Source: an uncultured Chloroflexia bacterium | GTDB lineage: Bacteria; Chloroflexota; Chloroflexia; Thermomicrobiales; UBA6265 | Length of the DNA: 64,000 nt | Assembly (NCBI GenBank): GCA_963724295.1 | Contig: CAVRUC010000007.1 | Span: 384,001 to 448,000, forward strand | Direction: 5' to 3' | In this document: one piece after another, positions 50,538 through 60,860 of the stretch | Position numbering within the stretch: position 1 is the first letter of the stretch | Layout: every line of letters begins with the position of its first letter | Translations under genes and position numbers: made by a program | The notes under the pieces: generated by a model | Databases searched by the model: none | What the model was told of the DNA's origin: nothing | What the model saw: only the letters and a program-made list of their open reading frames with translations

Positions 50538-51938
50538 TTACCCGACGGAACCTTCCATCTCGAGCTGGATCAACCGGTTCAGCTCGACGGCGTACTCGAG
50601 CGGGAGCTCCTTGGCGATCGGCTCGATGAACCCGTTGACGATCATGCTCATCGCCTCGTCCTCGGAGAGGCCGCGGCTCATCAAGTAGAAGATCTGCTCT
50701 TCCGCAACCTTGGAGACCGTCGCCTCGTGACCGATTGAGGCCCGCTCCTCCTCGACTTCAATGTAGGGATAGGTATCGGTCTTGCTGGTCTCATCCAGCA
50801 GCAATGCGTCACAGACGACGTTGCTGCGGACCTCCTCGGCCCCCTTGTAGACCTTCACCAGACCGCGGTAGGAAGAGCGGCCAGTTCCCTTCGAGATCGA
50901 CTTCGAGATGATCTGGGACGATGTCCGCGGCGCGACGTGAACGACCTTGCCGCCCGCGTCCTGGTGCTGGCCGTCGCTGGCAAACGCGACCGACAGGATC
51001 TCGCCGCGAGCCCCTTCCTCCATCAGCCAGACTGCCGGGTACTTCATCGTGACCTTCGAGCCCAGGTTACCGTCGACCCACTCCATCGTCGCGTTCTTGT
51101 AAGCCGCCGCTCGCTTGGTGACGAGGTTGTAGACGTTCTTCGACCAGTTCTGGATCGTGGTGTAGCGGCAGCGCCCACCCTCGAGCACAACGATCTCGAC
51201 CACCGCCGAGTGCAAGCTGTTGGTCGTGTAGGTCGGCGCGGTGCACCCTTCGACGTAGTGCACGTAGGCGTCCTTGTCGACGATGATCAGGGTCCGCTCG
51301 AACTGACCCATGTTCTCGGCATTGATGCGGAAGTAGGCCTGCAGCGGAACGTCAATCCGGACTCCGGGCGGCACGTAGATGAACGAGCCACCCGACCAAA
51401 CCGCCGAGTTGAGCGCGGCGAACTTGTTGTCGTTGTAGGGAATGATCGTCCCGAAATACTTCTTGACCAGCTCCGGGTGCTCGCGTACCCCGGAATCCAT
51501 GTCGAGGAAGATCACGCCCTGCTTCTCGAGGTCTTCGCGCAGTGAGTGATAGATGACCTCACTCTCGTACTGCGCGCCGACTCCAGCCAGGAACTTCCGT
51601 TCCGCCTCGGGAATGCCGAGCTTCTCGAAGGTGTTCTTGATGTACTCCGGAACCTCTTCCCACGTCTTGCCCTGCTTCTCGGCGGGGCGGATGTAGTAGA
51701 AGATGTCGTCGAAATCGATCCCGGACAGGTCCGCGCCCCAGTTCGGCATCGGGCGCTTCTGGAAGTGCTCCAGCGCCTTCAACCGAAAATCGCGCATCCA
51801 TTCGGGCTCGTCCTTCATCGACGAGATCTCTTCGACGGTGGCGCGGGTCAACCCTCGCCCGCTCTTGAAAACGTAGTCTTCCTCGTCCCGGAAGCCGTAC
51901 TGATACTCACCAATGTCAATCTGTGGCTTGGCGACCAT
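50538..51938 (-). CDS. sufB: Fe-S cluster assembly protein SufB
   Basis: [39 protein letters not shown]. Confidence 0.98.
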   Translation of the reverse strand: MVAKPQIDIGEYQYGFRDEEDYVFKSGRGLTRATVEEISSMKDEPEWMRDFRLKALEHFQKRPMPNWGADLSGIDFDDIFYYIRPAEKQGKTWEEVPEYIKNTFEKLGIPEAERKFLAGVGAQYESEVIYHSLREDLEKQGVIFLDMDSGVREHPELVKKYFGTIIPYNDNKFAALNSAVWSGGSFIYVPPGVRIDVPLQAYFRINAENMGQFERTLIIVDKDAYVHYVEGCTAPTYTTNSLHSAVVEIVVLEGGRCRYTTIQNWSKNVYNLVTKRAAAYKNATMEWVDGNLGSKVTMKYPAVWLMEEGARGEILSVAFASDGQHQDAGGKVVHVAPRTSSQIISKSISKGTGRSSYRGLVKVYKGAEEVRSNVVCDALLLDETSKTDTYPYIEVEEERASIGHEATVSKVAEEQIFYLMSRGLSEDEAMSMIVNGFIEPIAKELPLEYAVELNRLIQLEMEGSVG

Positions 51939-51980
51939 GGTCTGATTCCTCCCGCGATCGGACTCGATGCCCGGTCGCCG

Positions 51981-52805
51981 CTAACTAACGCTCGCCTCGG
52001 CAACGCGGGACCGCAGTCCCTCGTAACCCCTGGCTTCGAGCTCGTGGGCGAGCTCCGGACCGCCGCTCTCGACGACGCGCCCCTCGGTCATGATGTGGAC
52101 GAAATCGGGCTTGATGAAGTTCAGCAAGCGCTGGTAGTGCGTGATAAGCAGCATCCCGACCTCGGGGCCCGCCAGATTGTTCACGCCTTCGGAAACGACC
52201 TTCAGCGCGTCGATGTCCAACCCGGAGTCGGTCTCGTCGAGGACCGCCATGCGGGGCTCGAGCAGGGCCATCTGCAGGATCTCGGCGCGCTTCTTCTCGC
52301 CGCCGGAGAACCCCTCGTTCAGATAGCGCGTCGCGAAGGCGTCGTCCATCTTCAGTAGTGCCATCTTCTCGCGCATCAGCCGCCGAAACTCGCGGGGCGT
52401 GATCGGCTGCACGCTGCCGCCCGCGGCGGCGGACTCTTCTGCTCGCGCGTTGCGGACATTCGTCACCGCCATGCGCAGGAAGTTGGCCATCGAGACACCG
52501 GGGATCACCGTCGGGTACTGGAACGCCAGGAACAGCCCCTTGCGCGCCCGCTCGTCTGGCGACCACTCGAGGATGTCCTCGCCCTGATAGCGGATGCTCC
52601 CTTCCGTGACCTCATAGCGCGGGTCCCCGGCGATGACATAGGCCAGCGTGCTCTTGCCGGATCCATTCGGACCCATCAGCGCGTGAATCTCGCCCTGGTT
52701 CACGACCAGGTTGACCCCCTTGAGGATCTCCTTGCCGTCGATCTCCGCGTGCAGATTGTCGATCTCGAACATCGGGGTCGTGCCCGTCCCGTTACTTTCG
52801 TTCAC
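51981..52805 (-). CDS. sufC: Fe-S cluster assembly ATPase SufC
   Basis: GPNGSGKST, FLAFQYP, NEGFSGGEKKR, LDETDSGLD. Confidence 0.97.
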   Translation of the reverse strand: MNESNGTGTTPMFEIDNLHAEIDGKEILKGVNLVVNQGEIHALMGPNGSGKSTLAYVIAGDPRYEVTEGSIRYQGEDILEWSPDERARKGLFLAFQYPTVIPGVSMANFLRMAVTNVRNARAEESAAAGGSVQPITPREFRRLMREKMALLKMDDAFATRYLNEGFSGGEKKRAEILQMALLEPRMAVLDETDSGLDIDALKVVSEGVNNLAGPEVGMLLITHYQRLLNFIKPDFVHIMTEGRVVESGGPELAHELEARGYEGLRSRVAEASVS

Positions 52806-52880
52806 CGTGCCCTGTTACCTCCCGTTCCTGACTATCGGCTATCAGCTGCCGGCCTTTGCTCGATCTTCGTCCTGACGGAC

Positions 52881-53324
52881 TCACCGGCTTGCCGTCCGGC
52901 CAACTCCTTCTCGACTCCTCGACTTCTCAACGCCTCGACTCTTACAGCCCGGGCAGATGCCGGAGAAGACGGTGTGGTGACTGTTGACGTCGAATCCGCT
53001 CTGTTCCGCCGCGACGTGCAGCGCCATCAAGGCGACCGGGACGTCGACGTCGAGGAGCACGCCGCAGTCCAGGCAGTGCACGTGGTCGTGCCGTTCGACA
53101 CGGCCATCGTAGCGGCTGGCCTGGTCGGCAAACGTCAATTCCTGGATCAGCCCATGTTCCGCGAGCAAGTGCAGCGTGCGGTAGACCGTGCCGTAGGCGA
53201 TACGCGGATCGCGCCGCCGCACGCGCTCGAAAATCTCGCCAGCGGTCAAGTGGCTCTGCGACCGGCGTACCTCGTCCAGCACTTCCGTCCGCTGCGTTGT
53301 ATTTCGGAATCGTAGGCCAGGCAC
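52881..53324 (-). CDS. Fur/PerR family transcriptional regulator
   Basis: HLTAGEIF, GTVYRTL, HDHVHCLDC, GICPGC. Confidence 0.93.
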   Translation of the reverse strand: MPGLRFRNTTQRTEVLDEVRRSQSHLTAGEIFERVRRRDPRIAYGTVYRTLHLLAEHGLIQELTFADQASRYDGRVERHDHVHCLDCGVLLDVDVPVALMALHVAAEQSGFDVNSHHTVFSGICPGCKSRGVEKSRSREGVGRTASR

Positions 53325-53340
53325 CGCACCGCCAAAATGT

Positions 53341-53376
53341 GATAATGAGTCTCAATAACCAGTTTGAATAGTACCA
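53341..53376 (-). promoter_or_regulatory. Fur-box-like operator and extended -10 promoter of the fur-suf operon
   Basis: GATAATGAGTCTCAATAAC (53341-53359) matches 14/19 of GATAATGATAATCATTATC. TGGTACTAT (extended -10) lies on the minus strand at 53368-53376. Confidence 0.7.
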
Positions 53377-53520
53377 TGCCGGTCCCAATCTCGCCAGCTT
53401 CAGCCAGGGAAATCGCGCTCCGGTCGCGGCATGCCGAGTCGCGCATCGCCGCCAAAGGCGAGACAATGGCGCCTGAGTCGAGGCCGGGTGTAGGCGGGAC
53501 GCGGCAGGGGAGCACATGCG

Positions 53521-54501
53521 ATGGGGTCATCCTGGACGGTAGCGGTCACACGCGAGATTCCGGACGCGGGACTACAGCCATTGCGAGAGTCGACCACGGT
53601 CAAGCTCTGGGACCAGGAGCTCCCACCGAGCGCGGACGAGCTCGATGCACTCCTGGAAGGCTGTGACGGCGCGATCACGCTGCTCACCGATCGCATCGAT
53701 GGAGCAGTGCTCGACCGGCACCCTCAGCTGCGGGTCGTCTCGAACTTTGCGGTTGGCTACGACAACATCGACGTACCCGCGGCCAGCGAGCGCGGCGTCC
53801 TCGTCTGCAACACGCCGGATGTGTTGACCAACGCGACCGCGGATCACACCTGGGCCCTGCTGCTTGCCGCCGCGCGGCGCATTCCCGAGTCGATCGCCTA
53901 TGTTCGCGAGGGCAAGTGGCAGACCTGGGGTCCTCGCCTCTTGCTCGGTCGAGAGGTCAGCGAGGCAACGATCGGGATCGTTGGTCTGGGAAGGATCGGC
54001 AAGGAAGTCGCAAAACGCGCCCGGGGATTCAATATGCGCGTCCTCGCTTTCGACCCCTTCGAAGACGGCGACTTCGCACGCGAGCATCAGGTCACCTACG
54101 TTCCGCTCGAGCAGCTTCTCCTCGAATCCGACTTCGTGACGCTCCACGTCACGCTGACATCGGATACGCATCAGCTCATCGCCGCGGCCGAGCTCGATCG
54201 CATGAAGCCAACCGCTATCCTCGTCAACGCCTCCCGCGGCCCGGTTGTTGACACCGACGCGCTCGTCGAGGCCTTGCGGAGTGGCTCGATCTTCGGCGCA
54301 GCGCTCGACGTGACCGATCCCGAGCCGCTGCCGGCGGATCACCCGCTGGTCACCATCACCAACTGCATCGTCGTCCCCCACACCGCGTCAGCCACCGTGC
54401 AGACCCGGGATAGGATGGCGGAGCTGGCCGCGGAAAACCTGCTCACCGGGCTGCGAGGCGAGCGACCGCCCGCTGCCGTCAACGCCGACGAAGTCTTGTA
54501 G
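53521..54501 (+). CDS. D-isomer 2-hydroxyacid dehydrogenase (glyoxylate reductase/D-glycerate dehydrogenase-like)
   Basis: AVGYDNID, GLGRIG, NASRGPVVD, LDVTDPEP, PHTAS. Confidence 0.92.
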   Translation: MGSSWTVAVTREIPDAGLQPLRESTTVKLWDQELPPSADELDALLEGCDGAITLLTDRIDGAVLDRHPQLRVVSNFAVGYDNIDVPAASERGVLVCNTPDVLTNATADHTWALLLAAARRIPESIAYVREGKWQTWGPRLLLGREVSEATIGIVGLGRIGKEVAKRARGFNMRVLAFDPFEDGDFAREHQVTYVPLEQLLLESDFVTLHVTLTSDTHQLIAAAELDRMKPTAILVNASRGPVVDTDALVEALRSGSIFGAALDVTDPEPLPADHPLVTITNCIVVPHTASATVQTRDRMAELAAENLLTGLRGERPPAAVNADEVL

Positions 54502-54531
54502 ACAGTCTCAGCCGGTGTCAATGATCCGAAA

Positions 54532-54567
54532 GCAAAGGTTGCAAAGGTTGCAAAGGTTGCAAAGGCT
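54532..54567 (+). repeat. 9-bp tandem repeat (GCAAAGGTT)x3 + GCAAAGGCT
   Basis: Directly visible intergenic head-to-tail repeat without spacers. Confidence 0.9.
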
Positions 54568-54685
54568 ACGCGAGGCAGGCGCCAGGGTAGAGACCCTGGG
54601 TGGCCCGGGTATACTCGGCATGGCGAGGTCGATCCTGCTTGCCTGTGCCCACTATGTCGAATTGCCTAGAGGAAAGTGACGTCCC

Positions 54686-56779
54686 ATGTTCCGATGCAAA
54701 GTGTGCGGCTGGATTCACGATGGGGACACCCCCCCTGATGTCTGCGTCTCCTGCGGCGCGACCGCGGACCGCTTCCGTCCCATGGACGAAGCGGAGGTCG
54801 ACGCACTTACCGGAGCTCTGTCGTCGTACGGTATCGCCAACCAGGGGTTCGCCGACATCGAGGTCGATTACACCCGCCGCATCCGGCTCCTGTCGTACGT
54901 CGATGCCTCGTTCTACACGAACTTCATCGCCCGCTCCGGTCCCCGCTTGCCGATCTACACCGGGGACCCGCAATGGTTCCAGGACAACATCCCGTGCATG
55001 ACCGCCTGTCCCTCGCACACTGATATCTCACGCTACATCGCGCTCATCGCCGACGGGCGCTACGCCGATTCCTTCGAGCTCAACCGGGAGCACAATGTCT
55101 TCCCGGGCTGCCTCGGTCGCATGTGCGCTCGCCCCTGCGAGGATGCCTGCCGGCGCAAGGAGGTCGACGCGCCGATCGGCATCTGCTACTTGAAGCGGGT
55201 CGCGGCCGACTACCGGGGCGAGACCCGACGGGAGGTCGCTCCGCCCTGGAATGGGCTGACCGCGGCCGTCATCGGGGCTGGCGCCAACGGGCTGACCGCC
55301 GGGCGCGACCTGGCTCGCAAGGGGTACAAGGTCACCATCTACGAGCGCTACCCGGTCCCGGGTGGCGTGATGTGGTCGGGGGTGCCGGAATGGCGCCTTC
55401 CCCGCGACGTGATCATGGACGAGGTGACCTTGATCACCGATCTCGGTATCGAGATCCGGTACAACACCGAAGTCGGCCGCGACATCACCCTCAAGGAACT
55501 GGCCGATACCCACGACGCGGTGATCATCTCGGCCGGGTGTCAGGTCCCTCAGGAGCTCGGCGTTCCGGGTGAGGACCTGGACGGCGTGGTTTCCGGACTC
55601 CAGTTCCTGGAGGACGTCAACCTGGGGCAGAAGGACGTCTGGGTCGGCAAGCGGGTCGTTACGGTCGGCGGTGGATTCACCTCCATGGACTGCGTGCGCT
55701 CGGTGCTCCGCATGGGCGCCGAACAGTCGATCATGACCTACCGGCGGTCAATTCAGGAGATCCCGGTCGACGCCCTGGAGCTGGAAGAAGCGGAGCACGA
55801 AGGCGTCGAGATCATGTACATGGTGGCGCCGACTCGCGTCATCGACGACGGTCAAGGGCGGGTGGCCGGGATCGAGCTGATCCGCAACGAGCTGGGCGCG
55901 CCGGATGACAAGGGTCGCCGCCGTCCGGAACCGGTCGCTGGCTCCGAATTCGTGATTCCCTGCGACATGGTCCTCGTCGCCATCGGCCAGCGCCAGGACA
56001 ACCGGCTCCTGGAAGGTGTCGAGGTGCAGACTGACCGGCGCGGCATCCCGGTGCTCAACGAGAACCTGAAATCGGAGTTGCCCAACGTCTGGGCTTCCGG
56101 AGACTACGTGGTCAATCCGACCAACTTCATCTCCTCGATCGGCGAAGGCAAGCGGGTCGCTACCTTCATTGATGAGGACCTGCGCGACCGCGAGCCACCC
56201 ATCAAGGAGATGGAGATCACGCGGGTCCCCACCGAGTTCATCTCCACCCCGAACCCACTCCTCTCCGAGGGCATCGCCGAGTGGACGCTTTCGACCAGCA
56301 GCCGGCGCCTGGTCTGGGGCGACAACTACACCAGCGTCGGTCGCCAGATGATGCCGGCGATGCCGCTGGCGGACCGGGGTCTCAACACCGGCGACACCAC
56401 GATCGAGACAGAAATCGGCTACACGAAGCCGATCGGCTTCGAAGAAGCCAAGCGCTGCCTGCAATGCCAGCTCAATATCTTCATCGACGGAAATCGCTGC
56501 ATTCTCTGCGCCAACTGTGTCGACGTCTGCCCGGTCAAGTGCATCGAGATGGTCTCCACCGAGCGCATTCACTCGATCGACGGTGACGTCGAGCTCGCCG
56601 AAATGGCCCGCGCCGAATTGGGTCCCCAGGCAGCGGTGATGCTGATCGACGAGCGGCCCTGTATCCGCTGCGCGCTGTGCGTCGACTGGTGCCCGACGGA
56701 GTGTTTGACGATGGACCACTTCCGCCTCACGCCGGCTCCCGAGCGGGAGAGCGTCGATCTCGCCGTCGTGGCGGACTAG
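54686..56779 (+). CDS. Multidomain Fe-S flavoprotein oxidoreductase: rubredoxin-like + GltD-like FAD/NAD(P) core + 2x[4Fe-4S] domain
   Basis: CKVC..CVSC, CMTACP...GRMCARPCEDAC, GAGANG, GGGFTSMD..YRR, EAKRCLQC, CILCANCVDVCP, CIRCALCVDWCP. Confidence 0.88.
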   Translation: MFRCKVCGWIHDGDTPPDVCVSCGATADRFRPMDEAEVDALTGALSSYGIANQGFADIEVDYTRRIRLLSYVDASFYTNFIARSGPRLPIYTGDPQWFQDNIPCMTACPSHTDISRYIALIADGRYADSFELNREHNVFPGCLGRMCARPCEDACRRKEVDAPIGICYLKRVAADYRGETRREVAPPWNGLTAAVIGAGANGLTAGRDLARKGYKVTIYERYPVPGGVMWSGVPEWRLPRDVIMDEVTLITDLGIEIRYNTEVGRDITLKELADTHDAVIISAGCQVPQELGVPGEDLDGVVSGLQFLEDVNLGQKDVWVGKRVVTVGGGFTSMDCVRSVLRMGAEQSIMTYRRSIQEIPVDALELEEAEHEGVEIMYMVAPTRVIDDGQGRVAGIELIRNELGAPDDKGRRRPEPVAGSEFVIPCDMVLVAIGQRQDNRLLEGVEVQTDRRGIPVLNENLKSELPNVWASGDYVVNPTNFISSIGEGKRVATFIDEDLRDREPPIKEMEITRVPTEFISTPNPLLSEGIAEWTLSTSSRRLVWGDNYTSVGRQMMPAMPLADRGLNTGDTTIETEIGYTKPIGFEEAKRCLQCQLNIFIDGNRCILCANCVDVCPVKCIEMVSTERIHSIDGDVELAEMARAELGPQAAVMLIDERPCIRCALCVDWCPTECLTMDHFRLTPAPERESVDLAVVAD

Positions 56780-56838
56780 AACGGGACGGGGCCGGCCGCT
56801 GCTCGAAGCGGCCAGCCTGGCACTTCCGGAGCGCAGCC

Positions 56839-57162
56839 ATGAACGCGTTCGAGTACGGCGAAATCAGTCAGCAGCAAGCAGAGAGCGGCCAGCCATACCT
56901 TCAATTCATGAACGAAGGCACGATGAGTCTGGGCCTCTATGTGCTCGCCGCTGGGTCGGCCGACACGCAGTCGCCGCACGAAGAGGATGAGATCTACTAC
57001 GTGGTCTCGGGTCGCGGCGCTATCGATGTGGCCGGGGAACGGCGGCCGGTACAACCCGGATCGATCGTGTTCGTCGCCAAAGCGGTCGAGCACCGCTTCG
57101 TCGACATCGAAGAGGACCTCTCGCTGCTGGTCTTCTTCGCCCCCGAGCACCGGCAGCGGTAG
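56839..57162 (+). CDS. Cupin domain protein
   Basis: QSPHEEDEIYYVVSGRG...GSIVFV...EHRF. Confidence 0.9.
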   Translation: MNAFEYGEISQQQAESGQPYLQFMNEGTMSLGLYVLAAGSADTQSPHEEDEIYYVVSGRGAIDVAGERRPVQPGSIVFVAKAVEHRFVDIEEDLSLLVFFAPEHRQR

Positions 57163-57208
57163 ACGGGGAACACGAGATCAATCGGCGACGTTCTCATACC
57201 AGTGTCGC

Positions 57209-57236
57209 TTGACTTGATGGGGACGTCTCGTACACT
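57209..57236 (+). promoter_or_regulatory. Putative promoter of the A-type carrier gene
   Basis: TTGACT-16 nt-TACACT. Confidence 0.5.
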
Positions 57237-57305
57237 TGCATCGTGACGCTTAGAAAGACGACTCGGATCCGGCGGACGCGTCGCCCGAGCGCGGAGGAAC
57301 CTCGC

Positions 57306-57671
57306 ATGATCACCATTACCCCGGAAGCCGCCGAGCAGCTGAAGGGTTTTCTCGCCGAGCAGGGCACCCCTGATGGCGCGCTGCGTGTGTTCGTTGCACC
57401 GGGCGGATGCTCCGGACTTCAGTACGGGATGACCGTCGAGGAGACCGCCGAAGACGGGGACGAGCTCATCGAGACCGACGGTGTGCGCCTGCTGGTCGAC
57501 AATTTCAGCGCCATGTATCTCGAAGGCGCGCAGGTCGACTACGTGAACTCGCTGATGGGTGGCGGCTTCACGGTGCACAATCCGAACGCCGTCTCTGGCT
57601 GCGCCTGTGGGCACTCATTCAACGCCGGTGGCAACGCGGAGACCGCCCAGGGATGCGGCTGCGGCCACTAA
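57306..57671 (+). CDS. A-type Fe-S carrier (HesB/IscA/ErpA family)
   Basis: GGCSGLQY, NPNAVSGCACGHSF. GGAGG RBS. Confidence 0.95.
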   Translation: MITITPEAAEQLKGFLAEQGTPDGALRVFVAPGGCSGLQYGMTVEETAEDGDELIETDGVRLLVDNFSAMYLEGAQVDYVNSLMGGGFTVHNPNAVSGCACGHSFNAGGNAETAQGCGCGH

Positions 57672-57694
57672 TTTCGCGAGCACCTCATGAACCT

Positions 57695-57727
57695 GCGGCC
57701 GGCCGCGTCAGGCGCGCCGGCCGCTTT
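57695..57727 (+). terminator. Probable intrinsic terminator between convergent genes
   Basis: GCGGCCGGC...GCCGGCCGC stem followed by TTT. Confidence 0.55.
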
Positions 57728-57740
57728 CGTGCTCCGCATC

Positions 57741-58991
57741 TCAGGCTCTGAGATCGTTGATGACGAGTCCTGCCGGCGCTTTGGGTTCGAACCAGGTCGA
57801 TTTAGCCGGCAACAGATCCCCCTCCTCCGCCACGGCGAGCAACCGATCCAGACTGGGAGCGGGAAGCAAGAATGCCGCTTGGGCGCGGCCGTCCTTGACC
57901 TGACCCACCGCGTCCGCGTCGTCAATCGCAGGCAGCAGACGCCGCTCTGGTGTGTGAACACCGACACCGATCAGGCTTTCGACGATCGCGGTCACCGCGG
58001 TGACGCCGAGGGATCGCCAGGCCGTGCCACGAGCATGCGGCATGAGTGCCTGGTGCGGGTCTCCAGATTTGGCATGGACGTCCCAGACTCCGTAGTCGTC
58101 TGGGAGCACGACGCGGCAGATGAACGGCGCGCCCGGCAGCGGCGCGGCCAGCGGCCCGGCCCTCACGTCAAACCATCGCTCGATCAACTGCAGGAGCAGA
58201 CGCGGCGGGCAATGCTGCTCGTCGACCAGGACCCGGTGCGTTGGCCGCACGATGACCCCGGGATCTTCGACCGCCGCCAGCAGGGCGAGCACGAACTCCC
58301 GCGGCGCATCGGGATCGTACCCGTGGCTGGCCCGGCACGCATCGCGGTACGCGAGCGCGGCTTCGTACCGATGATGCCCGTCGGCAACGAAGAGCGTCCG
58401 GCGCGCGAAAGCGGCCGCCAGGCGGGCGTGGAGCGCGGCATCGGCTATGGCAGCCAGATGATGGGTTCCTCCCATCTGATCCTGATCCTCGAGCAGTTGT
58501 CCTCTGCCGGCGTGATCGGCAATCAGACGGCGAATCTCGCTGTCGCGGTCCCTGTATAGAAAATAGAGCGGGCTCAGGTTCGCCTGCACCGCCCGCAGCC
58601 GGCCCAGACGCTCCTCTCTGGGACCGGGGGTCGTCGCCTCGTGAGGCAAGACCATCCGCTCTGACCAATCAGTCAGGCGCACCCGGGCCAGTAACCCGGT
58701 TCGCGTCACCGTGGCGCTTTGGTGATCGAACTGGTGCTGATGAACGTAAACCATCGGCGCCGCGTCTCGACGCAGGGCACCCTGCGCGAGCCACGCCTGA
58801 TAGCGGTGCGCGGCCAGGGCATGGGCATCACCGATTGTCCCGAGGTCGACGCTTTCAATCTTGCGAATGCTGAACTCAGCGCCGATCACCGGCTCCGCGA
58901 CAACGTCGTATGGAGGAGCGATGAGTGACCCGACCGGGCCGGTACGATGGCTGTCGAAGCGGACCCCGCGCAAGGGCCTGACGTCAGCCAC
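57741..58991 (-). CDS. DUF1015 family protein
   Basis: MADVRPLRG, PPYDV, VLPHEAT, ADGHHRYE, PTHR, KSTWFEPK. Confidence 0.9.
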   Translation of the reverse strand: MADVRPLRGVRFDSHRTGPVGSLIAPPYDVVAEPVIGAEFSIRKIESVDLGTIGDAHALAAHRYQAWLAQGALRRDAAPMVYVHQHQFDHQSATVTRTGLLARVRLTDWSERMVLPHEATTPGPREERLGRLRAVQANLSPLYFLYRDRDSEIRRLIADHAGRGQLLEDQDQMGGTHHLAAIADAALHARLAAAFARRTLFVADGHHRYEAALAYRDACRASHGYDPDAPREFVLALLAAVEDPGVIVRPTHRVLVDEQHCPPRLLLQLIERWFDVRAGPLAAPLPGAPFICRVVLPDDYGVWDVHAKSGDPHQALMPHARGTAWRSLGVTAVTAIVESLIGVGVHTPERRLLPAIDDADAVGQVKDGRAQAAFLLPAPSLDRLLAVAEEGDLLPAKSTWFEPKAPAGLVINDLRA

Positions 58992-59383
58992 GACGGCTCG
59001 CGTCCGCCGGATGTGCGCAGTTGGTTGCTAAAAACGAGTTCGTTTGGCCCCGGTCATGCATGTTTGACATGCTACCGCGGACCGGGCGCTCGAGGGCGTC
59101 GTTCGCGGGAATCCGGACCCTCTATTCAGATCAGGGGGTGGTGATTACGCGGCGTCCTGATATGATCGTTTGGGTAATAGCGATGTACGGCGCGTGACAC
59201 ACGCCGCTGAACCTCGGGGAACCGAGGAATGTTTACGGGCGTTCTACAACTAGAGGCGGTTTCGTTAATCGGCCCGCGGCGTGCGCGTAATCGCCGGCAG
59301 ATGCCGAGTTTTCGCGTGTTCGCGTCGAATTCTCGGTCGCCGCGGCCAAGCCACTTCCGCCCGCTGCAAGGAGTATGACACTG

Positions 59384-60391
<1,008 letters not shown>

Positions 60392-60437
60392 CGCTCAGAC
60401 CTCGACGGCGATGGACCACGCCTCGCCGCCGGGGTCA

Positions 60438-60728
60438 TCAGCTTTCGTTCGACCAGGGCGCCCTCAACACCACCCGCCACTCTTTCAACGTGGCATTCGC
60501 GATGACCCCGGCGCTCCGGTACGGGTCGCCTTCGAGGTTGCGCTCAGCCTCTGCCATGTCCGTTGCCTCGTAGACGATCAGCGCTCCGGTTTCGTCCGCC
60601 CACGGTCCGGAAATGGCCAGCTTGCCCTCATCGAACAACGATCGCAGGTACTCGCGATGGACCGGGCGGGTCTGCAGGCGAAGCTCCTCATCCCCGGTAA
60701 ACTCGATCAGCGCGGCGAACAACCCCAT
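60438..60728 (-). CDS. YciI family protein
   Basis: RPVHREYL...GKLAISGP...GALIV...DPY. Confidence 0.85.
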   Translation of the reverse strand: MGLFAALIEFTGDEELRLQTRPVHREYLRSLFDEGKLAISGPWADETGALIVYEATDMAEAERNLEGDPYRSAGVIANATLKEWRVVLRAPWSNES

Positions 60729-60860
60729 AGTCTTCCCCTTCCTCGATTCCAACGTGCAGAATGGCCGGCTCTCGCGCCTTGCGCCGGCTCCTGTCTCCGC
60801 GTAGCCTAAACGTCCCCGCTCGCCCCCGCGAGCCGACAGGCCAGCAACCGAGAGGGCGCA

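Noticed and set aside
47744..52358. Long plus-strand ORFs opposite the suf genes (490, 334 and 270 aa)
   Set aside because: Antisense shadows caused by GC3 codon bias; the minus-strand genes carry the conserved motifs.
54532..54567. Possible CRISPR array
   Set aside because: Units are 9 bp, head-to-tail, with no spacers and no cas genes in the window.
54686..56779. Calling this gene gltD or dsrL
   Set aside because: No gltB or dsr genes nearby, and the extra domains differ from canonical GltD.
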